From the NCBI GenBank assembly GCA_905614355.1, contig CAJQSN010000014.1:10276-74275 (forward strand): 64,000 bases of DNA. The letters are read 5' to 3'. Source of the stretch: an uncultured Rhodospirillales bacterium. GTDB lineage: Bacteria; Pseudomonadota; Alphaproteobacteria; Rhodospirillales; UBA2165. The position numbers and the translations under genes were made by a program. The number at the start of each line of letters is the position of its first letter. Within the stretch, counting starts at the first letter, position 1. Of the stretch, positions 29,736 to 38,160 are shown piece by piece. The notes below the pieces were generated by a model, which saw only the letters and a program-made list of their open reading frames with translations, ran no database searches and was not told where the DNA came from.

Positions 29736-30872
29736 ATGTACGAACCCACAAAACATCCAAGAAATAAGATCTTCACTTATTGGATTGATATTGTCGGCAC
29801 CTGCAATTTGAGATGTCCAACTTGTCCAACAGGTAATTTTTTAGATTCTGAATTTTCTGTTGGACGCAACCCGACCGGGTTTATGGATCAAGACCTTTAC
29901 AAAAAAATTCTTGAAAAGATAAAAAGCGATAACGTATCGGACCGAATTGAAATTCACCTGTATACTTGGGGGGAGCCATTGCTCCACCCAAAAGTAGCAG
30001 AGTTCGTGACTATGACTAAAAAAATGGGTTTTTTCTGTGGACTTTCCAGCAATCTGAATTTAGACAAGAATCTGAAGGAGGTTGTCAAAGCTGGCCCTGA
30101 CTTTTTCCGAATTTCGCTATCTGCATTTTATCAGGGCAACTACAAATTAACACATAAACGTGGTGATATTCGGATAGTTAAAAGTAACATGTACCGATTG
30201 AGAAATTTACTCGACCAAAACAAAAGCAATATAACGGTGCAGGTACTTTATCATGTTTACAAGCATAATGCGAGTGATGATCTTGCGATGATGATGAAAT
30301 TGTGTGAAGAATTGGAGTTTGATCTGGATCCTGTGTGGGCGTTTTACATGCCGTTAGAAAAGAGTTTGGATTACCTGAATGGAAAAGTTTCCGATGAGGA
30401 TAAAAAAACCATAAATATGCTCGCGATGGACCCAACCGATGTCTCGAAAGCGGCCCTACCCTACAGGGATGAAGACTGTAGTCTTCGAAAAACTCAAGTT
30501 ACGCTCAATATTGATGGGTCAGTTCAACTTTGTTGTGCCACCTTTGATCAAGCCTATGTCGTGGCCCCGAGTTTTATCGATACTCCTCATGCAGAATTAC
30601 AACGGCGGCGCTATTCAAATGACATGTGCGGACCTTGTATGGATAAAGGGCAACACATTTATTTCAGTTATGCCGTTGGTAAAAAACTAGATGATTTAGG
30701 CGAACAAAATTTAAGTAAAAAAGATTCCAAATTTATTTTTAAACAATTTTCAAAACCCAGTTTGGTTCTCAGAAGTAGCGAGAATGCCGACCCAATTGTG
30801 CTCCCACGTGCAGCAAAGAAAAAACAAGGTCTCAGTTTGTATCGTTTCAAGAATAAACTTCTTGGCAGGTGA
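29736..30872 (+). CDS. radical SAM protein with a partial SPASM/twitch-type C-terminal Cys motif
   Basis: CNLRCPTCP (CX3CX2C) at residues about 24-31, a GEPLL glycine-rich motif, and a C-terminal CX12GX4C (CSLRKTQVTLNIDGSVQLC) followed by CGPC. Confidence 0.85.
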   Translation: MYEPTKHPRNKIFTYWIDIVGTCNLRCPTCPTGNFLDSEFSVGRNPTGFMDQDLYKKILEKIKSDNVSDRIEIHLYTWGEPLLHPKVAEFVTMTKKMGFFCGLSSNLNLDKNLKEVVKAGPDFFRISLSAFYQGNYKLTHKRGDIRIVKSNMYRLRNLLDQNKSNITVQVLYHVYKHNASDDLAMMMKLCEELEFDLDPVWAFYMPLEKSLDYLNGKVSDEDKKTINMLAMDPTDVSKAALPYRDEDCSLRKTQVTLNIDGSVQLCCATFDQAYVVAPSFIDTPHAELQRRRYSNDMCGPCMDKGQHIYFSYAVGKKLDDLGEQNLSKKDSKFIFKQFSKPSLVLRSSENADPIVLPRAAKKKQGLSLYRFKNKLLGR

Positions 30873-31137
30873 CTTCTGGGATCATTTGTTTGACGCTATC
30901 GGTTACATGTCTGCCTTTGGCTATTAGGGGTCTCTTGCCGCATCTTTGGAGTAGTATTCAGCCTTTGGCGTAATTCATAACACACCTCATTTGAAAAAAA
31001 ATAGTAAAATATTTAAAGAAAGCCGGGCCTAAATGAACTAAATTGACTGGGAATTGAGTTATTTAATTCAATGAACAGTTAGTATATTATTACCTCTACA
31101 TTGCCGTTATTTTAATAATATTTTACAGTAGAATTTC

Positions 31138-32184
31138 ATGAAAAAATTTATATTTGCCGCCCTGTCCATAATCCTTGCATCCGTTATTTCGGTGTTTGCC
31201 ATGGAATATGTCGTCCGAATGGCTATTCCCGCATACGACCCTTCCGGTCATGTGAAATTTGTTGTCGGCAAAGCCTCTACAATGGAACAAGTCGGCTACC
31301 CCTTAGATCAAATTGGTCGCCCAGATTCAGTACAGCGACAAATAAAAAATACTGGGGATTATGATGTCCTTATTCGATTTAACAAATATGGGTTTAGAGA
31401 CACCAAAGATCTGTCCGAATCAACGCCCAAAGATTTTTTTGTACTGGGAGATTCATTAAGCTTTGGGTGGGGAGTAGACGCAGATAAAAACCTTTCCGAA
31501 CAATTGGGAAAAATTACAAAAATACAATTTTATAACATCGGCATTCCAGGTGACTTAGTGTTTCAAAAAACCCTCATAGATTACGCTAAAAAAAAAGGTG
31601 CATCTATTAAGAACCTGATCATTCTATTTAGCAATGAAGTTCGTTTAAAAAATTATGAAAAAAAAACCGTGATTAAGGCCTCTATGGAAACGGGTTCTAG
31701 TCTTATGAGCGTGAAAATGTATTTGATGTCTCATTCTGCATTATATTTTCTTGTCACATCCTTTATCCATCGCACTCCAACTCTCAAACAAATTGCTGTC
31801 GATTCAGGCTTTCTCATCCCGAATTTAGAAGGCTTTCAAGAGCGCGAATATGATCCCTTAGCCGTCAAATCATCATCTCGCAAACTCGCGAATATTGCCA
31901 AAGATTATGCATCGTTAGTCGTCCTATCTCCCTCTCGTGGGATATGGTCCGGCACTAAAAGGGAATCTGTGAAGAAAAATCATACTGAGCTCATTCGAAG
32001 CCTAGAGAACTTGGGCGTAAAGGTATTAGACTTGATCCCCGCGTTTGAAAAAGACGGTGCCCCGCTACAAAAATTTTTCAAAAATGATGGCCATTGGAAA
32101 GCTGAGACGCATGTCTTAGTTGCAAAACTGGTGGCCCAATATATAAAAAATTATCCTGCTATCTTTCCGCTCAGCAAGCCTTAA
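31138..32184 (+). CDS. membrane-anchored SGNH/GDSL hydrolase-family protein
   Basis: An N-terminal TM segment (FIFAALSIILASVISVFA), block I FFVLGDSLSFGWG and block V NDGHW. It is a paralog of the next gene (RFNKYGFRD versus RTNKNGMRG). Confidence 0.75.
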   Translation: MKKFIFAALSIILASVISVFAMEYVVRMAIPAYDPSGHVKFVVGKASTMEQVGYPLDQIGRPDSVQRQIKNTGDYDVLIRFNKYGFRDTKDLSESTPKDFFVLGDSLSFGWGVDADKNLSEQLGKITKIQFYNIGIPGDLVFQKTLIDYAKKKGASIKNLIILFSNEVRLKNYEKKTVIKASMETGSSLMSVKMYLMSHSALYFLVTSFIHRTPTLKQIAVDSGFLIPNLEGFQEREYDPLAVKSSSRKLANIAKDYASLVVLSPSRGIWSGTKRESVKKNHTELIRSLENLGVKVLDLIPAFEKDGAPLQKFFKNDGHWKAETHVLVAKLVAQYIKNYPAIFPLSKP

Positions 32185-32281
32185 CCTGCTAGCTAAAATT
32201 GAAACATGATGTTAACAATAATTTACTATGATTTCAGAGCGTCTTTTACAGGCCTCATTTTTTTCATAGAGTGTGATTACG

Positions 32282-33252
32282 ATGAATGAAAATACAACAA
32301 AGTCGATAGTTTTTAGCATAATAGTCACGGCAATAACGCTGGTATTCTGCTTGTTTGCAGCCGAGGTTTTACTGCGTGTAAAAAACAGCGATGGGAAAAA
32401 TTATCATATTGAGATGTGGAAATATTCACGTGATCTCAAGCAAGCATCACAAAACCCGATTCTAGGTCACGAGCATCTCCCCAGCAGCCAAGCCAAATTG
32501 CAAAATGTAATTATTCGCACCAACAAAAATGGAATGCGCGGGGCAGCAATTACGCCTGTTAAAAGTGGCCAGCGTAGAATTTTATTACTCGGCTCCTCGG
32601 CGACACTGGGGTGGGGAGTCGAAGAAGAAGAGACGATGTCCTCTCGTCTACAACTTAGCCTTGGAGAAGGGGCCGTTGTGATGAATGCTGGTATCGGTAA
32701 TTATAATACCAAGCGATATGTTGAACTATTTTTAACCAAGAACAGGAATGTTACCCCAACAGATATTATTGTGAATTACTACCTCAATGATGCTGAAGTC
32801 CTTAAACCTGGAGGGGGGGGGTCCTCATTCGTAATAGTGAGCTTGCGGTTACTTTTTGGATTTTATTTAACCGTTTCTTCTCTAAAACCGGTGAGGATGT
32901 CCTCCTCAATCACTACAAAGCGATTTATGATCCTGAATTCAAAGGTTTGATAGAGATGAAACAATCGCTCAAGAACCTGGCCGATTACTCTAAACGTCAC
33001 AACATAAACCTTATCCTTATGATGATGCCTGAGGTTCATGATCTAAAAAATTATAAATATCAATTTGCACATGATATTATGGCTAAGACTGCTAAGACAT
33101 TAGGTTATAAATTTGTGGATGGGTTGCCCGCATTGCAGGATGTTAAATCAAGCCAGGATCTTTGGGCCATGCCAGGAGATCCACATCCAAACGCCCTGGC
33201 TCACAATCTATTCGCTGATGCTGTCTATCTTTTTTTGATGAATAAGAAATAA
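32282..33252 (+). pseudogene. membrane-anchored SGNH hydrolase paralog, split by a frame break in a G9 tract
   Basis: The upstream frame has an N-terminal TM segment and blocks I-III (LLLGSSATLGWG, NAGIGNY, NYYLNDA). The downstream frame is open from the G tract and carries block V (GDPHPNALAH). One extra G would fuse them into about 327 aa. Confidence 0.75.
32813..32821 (+). repeat. G9 homopolymer at the SGNH frame break
   Basis: Counted directly: ctggaGGGGGGGGGtcc. Confidence 0.95.
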
Positions 33253-33261
33253 CTCAGGTAA

Positions 33262-34668
33262 GTGCTTTTTACCTCCAACATATTTCTCTATGCATTTTTG
33301 CCAGCAGTGGTAGCTCTGTTTTTTGTTCTGGCGCGAGCGGATCACAAAACACGGATTGCAATTTTATTCTTAATCTTAAGTTCCTTTATTTTCTACGGCT
33401 ATAAAAACCCCGCAAACATCACATTGTTGATGGGGTCTATTTTGGGCAATTTTGCACTCGCCTCTCAAATTCGTCGCCACCAGCAAAAAGCAGCTATTTT
33501 TATACTCGGGATTCTCTTCAATATTGGAATACTTGGCTACTTCAAATACACCAATTTTCTATTGGAGAATTTTAGTTTAATTTCTGGCGACAGTTATACC
33601 CCTCTTTCTATTGCTTTACCGCTGGCAATCTCATTTTACACTTTCCAACAAATTGCTTTTCTCGCCGATACCAAGAATGGAGAGATTGGGGCCGTTTCCT
33701 TTCGAGATTACATGTTATTTGTCACCTTCTTCCCTCAACTCATCATTGGACCGATTGTCCATCATAAAGAGATGATGCCTCAATTTTCTATGGCAAATTT
33801 TGGGCGTTTTAATTGGCAAAATTTTCAAACTGGATTTTGCTACTTAATGAGCGGGGTGATAAAGAAAGTTTTTCTATCTGATGCATGCGCACTGGTCGTT
33901 AACTCCGTGCATGGTGACATTGGCAATGGGGTGAGCATAGGGTTTGCTGATGCATGGGTTACCGCATTTGCGTTTTCACTCCAGATATATTTTGATTTCT
34001 CTGGTTATACTGATATGGCCATTGGAATTGCTAAAATGCTTGGCATTGACCTGCCTTTTAATTTCAACTCGCCCTATAAGGCTAGGAATGTCGGCGAATT
34101 TTGGCGACGCTGGCACATTACATTATCCCGATGGCTACGTGATTACCTCTATATACCATTAGGAGGCAATCAGTCGGGGTTTAAACGTACTGCGATTAAT
34201 GCAGTTATTGTTTTTTTACTCGGCGGCCTCTGGCATGGTGCTGCATGGACCTTTATCGCCTGGGGATTGGTGCAAGGCATTGGGGTTGTATGGGCTCATT
34301 TGTTGAAAACATTGAAAATATGCCTTCCTACATCAATAGCCATTTTATTTACATTTATTTTCATCACTCTCTCGTGGGTATTATTCCGCGCTCAAAATTT
34401 GGAAAATGCGTTAGACCTTTATAAAGTGATGAGCGGCGTGCAAGGTTTTGACTTAACCTTGAGAGAGAGCATTAACCTACCAGTTATGGCAATCGGTGTA
34501 GTCATAATTTTCGGTTTGCCCAATTCACATACCCTAGTTCCATGGCTTCAAACACGTATAGCAAACCTTCCAACAGCGCCCGTTGTGGTCGTCATGGTAG
34601 TCTCTTGGTTAGCCCTCGCAGCTTTCGATCTCGATAGCTCGGCAGCTTTTATCTATTTTGATTTCTAA
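33262..34668 (+). CDS. MBOAT-family membrane-bound O-acyltransferase (AlgI/DltB/PatA-like)
   Basis: A typical N-terminus (MLFTSNIFLYAFLP), a polytopic membrane protein, FWRRWHITLS..WLRDYLYIPLGG and the catalytic-His region GGLWHGAAW. The start is GTG. Confidence 0.9.
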   Translation: MLFTSNIFLYAFLPAVVALFFVLARADHKTRIAILFLILSSFIFYGYKNPANITLLMGSILGNFALASQIRRHQQKAAIFILGILFNIGILGYFKYTNFLLENFSLISGDSYTPLSIALPLAISFYTFQQIAFLADTKNGEIGAVSFRDYMLFVTFFPQLIIGPIVHHKEMMPQFSMANFGRFNWQNFQTGFCYLMSGVIKKVFLSDACALVVNSVHGDIGNGVSIGFADAWVTAFAFSLQIYFDFSGYTDMAIGIAKMLGIDLPFNFNSPYKARNVGEFWRRWHITLSRWLRDYLYIPLGGNQSGFKRTAINAVIVFLLGGLWHGAAWTFIAWGLVQGIGVVWAHLLKTLKICLPTSIAILFTFIFITLSWVLFRAQNLENALDLYKVMSGVQGFDLTLRESINLPVMAIGVVIIFGLPNSHTLVPWLQTRIANLPTAPVVVVMVVSWLALAAFDLDSSAAFIYFDF

Positions 34669-34824
34669 TTGTATAATAAGGTCGAATAGAAGAAGGCCTC
34701 AATCAACCGCTAATCGCTCAAAAAAAGGAATTTAATGTTGGCAGATGGATGGAAATCGAGTAAGTCAACTTAAAGTTCTGGCGCCCTTCAGCCTAACTCT
34801 GTTAGCCAACTGTGAGAAATATCA

Positions 34825-34980
34825 ATGATGATATCTTTTTTTATAGAATTTTTTGAATTTTTAAAAGCTCGAAAGAAATTTTGGTTAATGCCAATTATGG
34901 TGGTCATGTTTTTTCTTGGTGGGCTGATTTTACTGACCCAGGGCACTGCTGTCGCTCCGTTCATCTATACAATATTCTGA
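34825..34980 (+). CDS. DUF5989 / SxtK-like small membrane protein (51 aa)
   Basis: Hand translation gives MMISFFIEFFEFLKARKKFWLMPIMVVMFFLGGLILLTQGTAVAPFIYTIF. This closely matches the family pattern I recall (..LRxRKKxWLxPI......LGGLIVLTQGSAVAPFIYTLF). It is absent from the ORF track (under 60 aa). Confidence 0.7.
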   Translation: MMISFFIEFFEFLKARKKFWLMPIMVVMFFLGGLILLTQGTAVAPFIYTIF

Positions 34981-35001
34981 GTTTGCTGGGCTAGTGTAGA
35001 G

Positions 35002-35439
35002 GTGAAAATGGTAATAGATAATTCCCACGAGAAAATAGGTCGATCCGCTGAGATTAAAAGTGGTTCTAATCGTGCCTTTGGCGTTGTCTTTGCTATAGTC
35101 TTTTTATTGGTTGGCCTATTTCCACTTATAAAGGATGACCCTATACGTCCATGGGCTGTCATAACCGCCATAACTTTACTCGTAATTTCCCTTACCGTCC
35201 CAAGTATTTTATCACCGTTTAATTGGATCTGGTTTAAGTTTGGGCTCCTTCTCCACAGAATTATCTCCCCGGTCATAATGGGCATATTATTTTATCTAAT
35301 AGTAACCCCAATGGCCCTTATTATGGGCATTTTAGGCAAACGCCCATTATCCCTCTCATTTGACAAAACGGCTAAGTCCTATTGGATCCATCGAGATCCT
35401 CCCGGCCCGGAGCCAAAATCAATGGAACGTCAATTTTGA
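35002..35439 (+). CDS. SxtJ-family membrane protein
   Basis: 145 aa with three predicted TM segments. The SNRAFGVVFAIVFLLVG start, the size, and the position between DUF5989 and a carbamoyltransferase match the SxtJ-like family. The start is GTG 35002 or ATG 35008. Confidence 0.65.
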   Translation: MKMVIDNSHEKIGRSAEIKSGSNRAFGVVFAIVFLLVGLFPLIKDDPIRPWAVITAITLLVISLTVPSILSPFNWIWFKFGLLLHRIISPVIMGILFYLIVTPMALIMGILGKRPLSLSFDKTAKSYWIHRDPPGPEPKSMERQF

Positions 35440-35536
35440 AAAATAGGATTAAATGGGTGCTCTTTTTAAAAAAGGTAATTTTCATTGATCTACTTTAACT
35501 ACATTTATATTTCTATTTTTTTAGAGAGAGTTTAAT

Positions 35537-37372
35537 TTGCGTATTCTTGGAATTTCAGCCTTTTATCATGATAGTGCTGCTACGCTTATTGAAGATGGTA
35601 GAATCATTGCTGCAGCTCAGGAAGAGCGTTTTTCGCGAATAAAACAAGATGCCAACTTTCCAATAAGAGCTATCGAATATTGTCTGGACGAATCTGGCGG
35701 CGCTCTCACAAACATCGATTATGTTGCATTCTATGATAAGCCTTTTCTGAAATTTGAAAGGCTCCTGGAGACTTACCTTTCCTTTGCTCCCAAAGGATTC
35801 GAATCTTTCAACAAGGCCATGCCAATTTGGCTGAAAGAAAAGCTTTTTCAAAAAGATATGCTCCGAAAAGAGTTTAGAAAAGTCGATGCTAATTTTGACT
35901 GGCAAAACAAACTCCTTTTCACTGAACACCATCAAAGCCACGCCGCCAGTGCTTTTTTTCCCTCCCCATTTGAAGACGCTGTCATCTTAACCATGGATGG
36001 GGTTGGGGAATGGGCAACCACTTCAGTGGCAATAGGTTCAGCCAATAAGCTAAACGTCACCAAAGAGCTTCACTTTCCTCATTCTCTAGGCTTACTTTAT
36101 TCTGCCTTCACCTACTATACGGGTTTTAGAGTGAATTCAGGAGAGTACAAAGTCATGGGCCTTGCACCTTACGGTGAGCCCGTTTACGCCCAGAAAATTT
36201 TAAATAATATCATTGATCTCAAAGAGGATGGTAGTTTCAGATTAGATCAATCCTATTTCGATTATTGCACGGGCCTGCGTATGACTAATGAAAAATTTGA
36301 TCATTTATTTGGTGGACCAGCTCGTAAATCAGAAGACTTACTGACAGACCGTGAAATGAATTTGGCCGCTTCTATTCAAGCTGTAACAGAAGAGGTAGTT
36401 CTGCGCTTAACCCGATCCTTAGCGAAAGAAACAAATAGCAAAAATCTCTGCCTTGCTGGAGGTGTTGCACTCAACTGTGTGGCCAATGGCAAAGTATTAA
36501 GAGATAACGCATTTGAAAATATATGGATTCAACCGGCAGCAGGCGATGCGGGGGGCGCGCTTGGTGCGGCTTTAGCAGCCTATTATGTATATCAAAATCA
36601 GCCTCGCGAACGGACGGAATCTAGAGATACCATGCAAGGGGCGTATCTTGGCCCATCTTTTTCCGATGAGGATATTGTTGAAAGGCTAGAGAAAATTGGC
36701 GCGATCGTCGAGCGCCACAGCCTTGACGAGATGACAAACATTGCCGCCCAAGCTCTGGCAGATGGAAAAGCTGTCGGCTGGTTCCAAGATCGGATGGAAT
36801 TTGGTCCAAGGGCTTTAGGAAACCGTTCAATATTGGGTGATCCTCGATCATCAACAATGCAGAAAACACTCAACCTTAAAATTAAATACCGAGAATCCTT
36901 TAGACCTTTCGCTCCCTCGGTCAGGCGTGAAGATGTCGCTGACTGGTTCGATATGGATACAGATAGTCCCTATATGCTGCTAGTCGCCGATGTAGCAAAG
37001 AAGCGCCAAATTAAAATGAGCGAAGCAGATCAAAAGCTATTCGGCATTGAAAAATTAAATGTTAAGCGCTCGGAAATACCTGCGGTCACTCATGTCGATT
37101 ACTCAGCGCGGATTCAAACAATAGAAGCTGAAATAAATCCGAAATACCATACCCTTATCACCCGGTTTAAAGAACTGACCGACTGTCCTGTTGTCGCTAA
37201 TACCAGCTTCAACGTCCGAGGGGAGCCAATCGTTTGCGCTCCGGAAGATGCCTTCTACTGCCTGATGGGTACAGAGCTAGATATGTTGGCTATTGGAAAT
37301 TGTATCCTCAAAAAAGAATCCCAGAACCCAGAATTAAAGCTCGACTATAAGGACGCATTTGAACTGGATTAA
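35537..37372 (+). CDS. carbamoyltransferase (NodU/CmcH/TobZ/SxtI family)
   Basis: N-terminal MRILGISAFYHDSAA, EHHQSHAASAF, GGVALNC and a C-terminal domain with NTSFNVRGEPIV. The start is TTG. Confidence 0.9.
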   Translation: MRILGISAFYHDSAATLIEDGRIIAAAQEERFSRIKQDANFPIRAIEYCLDESGGALTNIDYVAFYDKPFLKFERLLETYLSFAPKGFESFNKAMPIWLKEKLFQKDMLRKEFRKVDANFDWQNKLLFTEHHQSHAASAFFPSPFEDAVILTMDGVGEWATTSVAIGSANKLNVTKELHFPHSLGLLYSAFTYYTGFRVNSGEYKVMGLAPYGEPVYAQKILNNIIDLKEDGSFRLDQSYFDYCTGLRMTNEKFDHLFGGPARKSEDLLTDREMNLAASIQAVTEEVVLRLTRSLAKETNSKNLCLAGGVALNCVANGKVLRDNAFENIWIQPAAGDAGGALGAALAAYYVYQNQPRERTESRDTMQGAYLGPSFSDEDIVERLEKIGAIVERHSLDEMTNIAAQALADGKAVGWFQDRMEFGPRALGNRSILGDPRSSTMQKTLNLKIKYRESFRPFAPSVRREDVADWFDMDTDSPYMLLVADVAKKRQIKMSEADQKLFGIEKLNVKRSEIPAVTHVDYSARIQTIEAEINPKYHTLITRFKELTDCPVVANTSFNVRGEPIVCAPEDAFYCLMGTELDMLAIGNCILKKESQNPELKLDYKDAFELD

Positions 37373-37462
37373 AAAAATTCAGCGGGTACTGGCAAAGGGG
37401 AAATCTATTTTAACGGTTTTTCTTGGTTCTTATGACCTATGAGTATGAAGAATTGTAATCCC

Positions 37463-37663
37463 TCATGCCACTATGAGACATTGCCGGTTGGCCTTCACGT
37501 TGTAACAAACATACCCCGCGACAATAAACACCGGATGCCCCAAACGATTCTCCCACAAAAAATCCATCTCTGAGCAAGCTAACCGAACCAATTCCATATC
37601 TTCATCACACAAAGTTTTCCAATTCCGCTGATAAATTTTAACCCAGTCATTATCCAACTCCAT
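37463..37663 (-). CDS. hypothetical 66-aa ORF (doubtful)
   Basis: Supported only by an open frame. It abuts the integrase C-terminal remnant, and I recognise no family or SD. Confidence 0.2.
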   Translation of the reverse strand: MELDNDWVKIYQRNWKTLCDEDMELVRLACSEMDFLWENRLGHPVFIVAGYVCYNVKANRQCLIVA

Positions 37664-37975
37664 AGAGAATGCCAGCGAAACCGAACATCGCCATCAGATG
37701 GAAAATCGTTCCGCAGAGCTGGGTTAGAGCCAGAAATTATTACTCACCACGTCATGTGACATACCGCTATCACTAAACTAGTCAAAGCTGGCGTCGATCT
37801 TCCGACTATTCAACGGATCAGTGGACACAAGACATTGGCAATGGTTCTCCGATACGACCATGTTCACGGCTCTCACGTCAATCAAGCCATTTTCTGTATT
37901 AGACTTAGCCTACCAGACCATAACTGGAACACCATTTCTCAAAAGCGTGGTAATTTGAAGGTGATAGGTGAATAA
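37664..37975 (+). pseudogene. tyrosine integrase, C-terminal fragment with an in-frame TGA
   Basis: The frame reads ..FRRAGLEPEIITHHVM*HTAITKLVKAGVDLPTIQRISGHKTLAMVLRYDHV.. This is the H-x-x-R box (the Arg codon is replaced by TGA at 37757..37759), GH, and the catalytic-Tyr RY box of tyrosine recombinases. Confidence 0.75.
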
Positions 37976-38055
37976 CCAACTGACATGACCAAACCAGAAT
38001 TACACACACGTCGGACACATACCGGTTCCAAACATAGCTAAGTCATTGAAAAGAA

Positions 38056-38107
38056 TGGTAGTGACGGAGAGACTTGAACTCCCGACACCCGGATTATTAT
38101 TCCGACG
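38056..38107 (-). repeat. partial direct copy of the tRNA-Met 3' half (att-type repeat)
   Basis: TGGTAGTGACGGAGAGACTTGAACTCCCGACACCCGGATTATTATTCCGACG matches 39138..39189 with about 5 mismatches over 52 nt, in the same orientation. Confidence 0.85.
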
Positions 38108-38160
38108 TACGAGTATATTATATAGTTTATATTCATTTATTTATGATACTTTTCTTATTT

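Noticed and set aside
30873-31137. 265-bp gap after the radical SAM gene as the site of a RiPP precursor gene
   Set aside because: The only ATG-initiated frames on the coding strand are 2-6 codons long (for example MSAFGY). No plausible precursor peptide is present.
32947-33252. Independent 101-aa gene starting at ATG 32947
   Set aside because: The frame is open for a further ~125 nt upstream to the G9 tract, and the product holds only SGNH block V. It is the C-terminal part of the split SGNH gene, not a stand-alone gene.
37757-37759. TGA inside the integrase C-terminal fragment as selenocysteine or readthrough
   Set aside because: It replaces the invariant catalytic Arg of the H-x-x-R box. 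The gene also lacks its central third, so this is simple decay.
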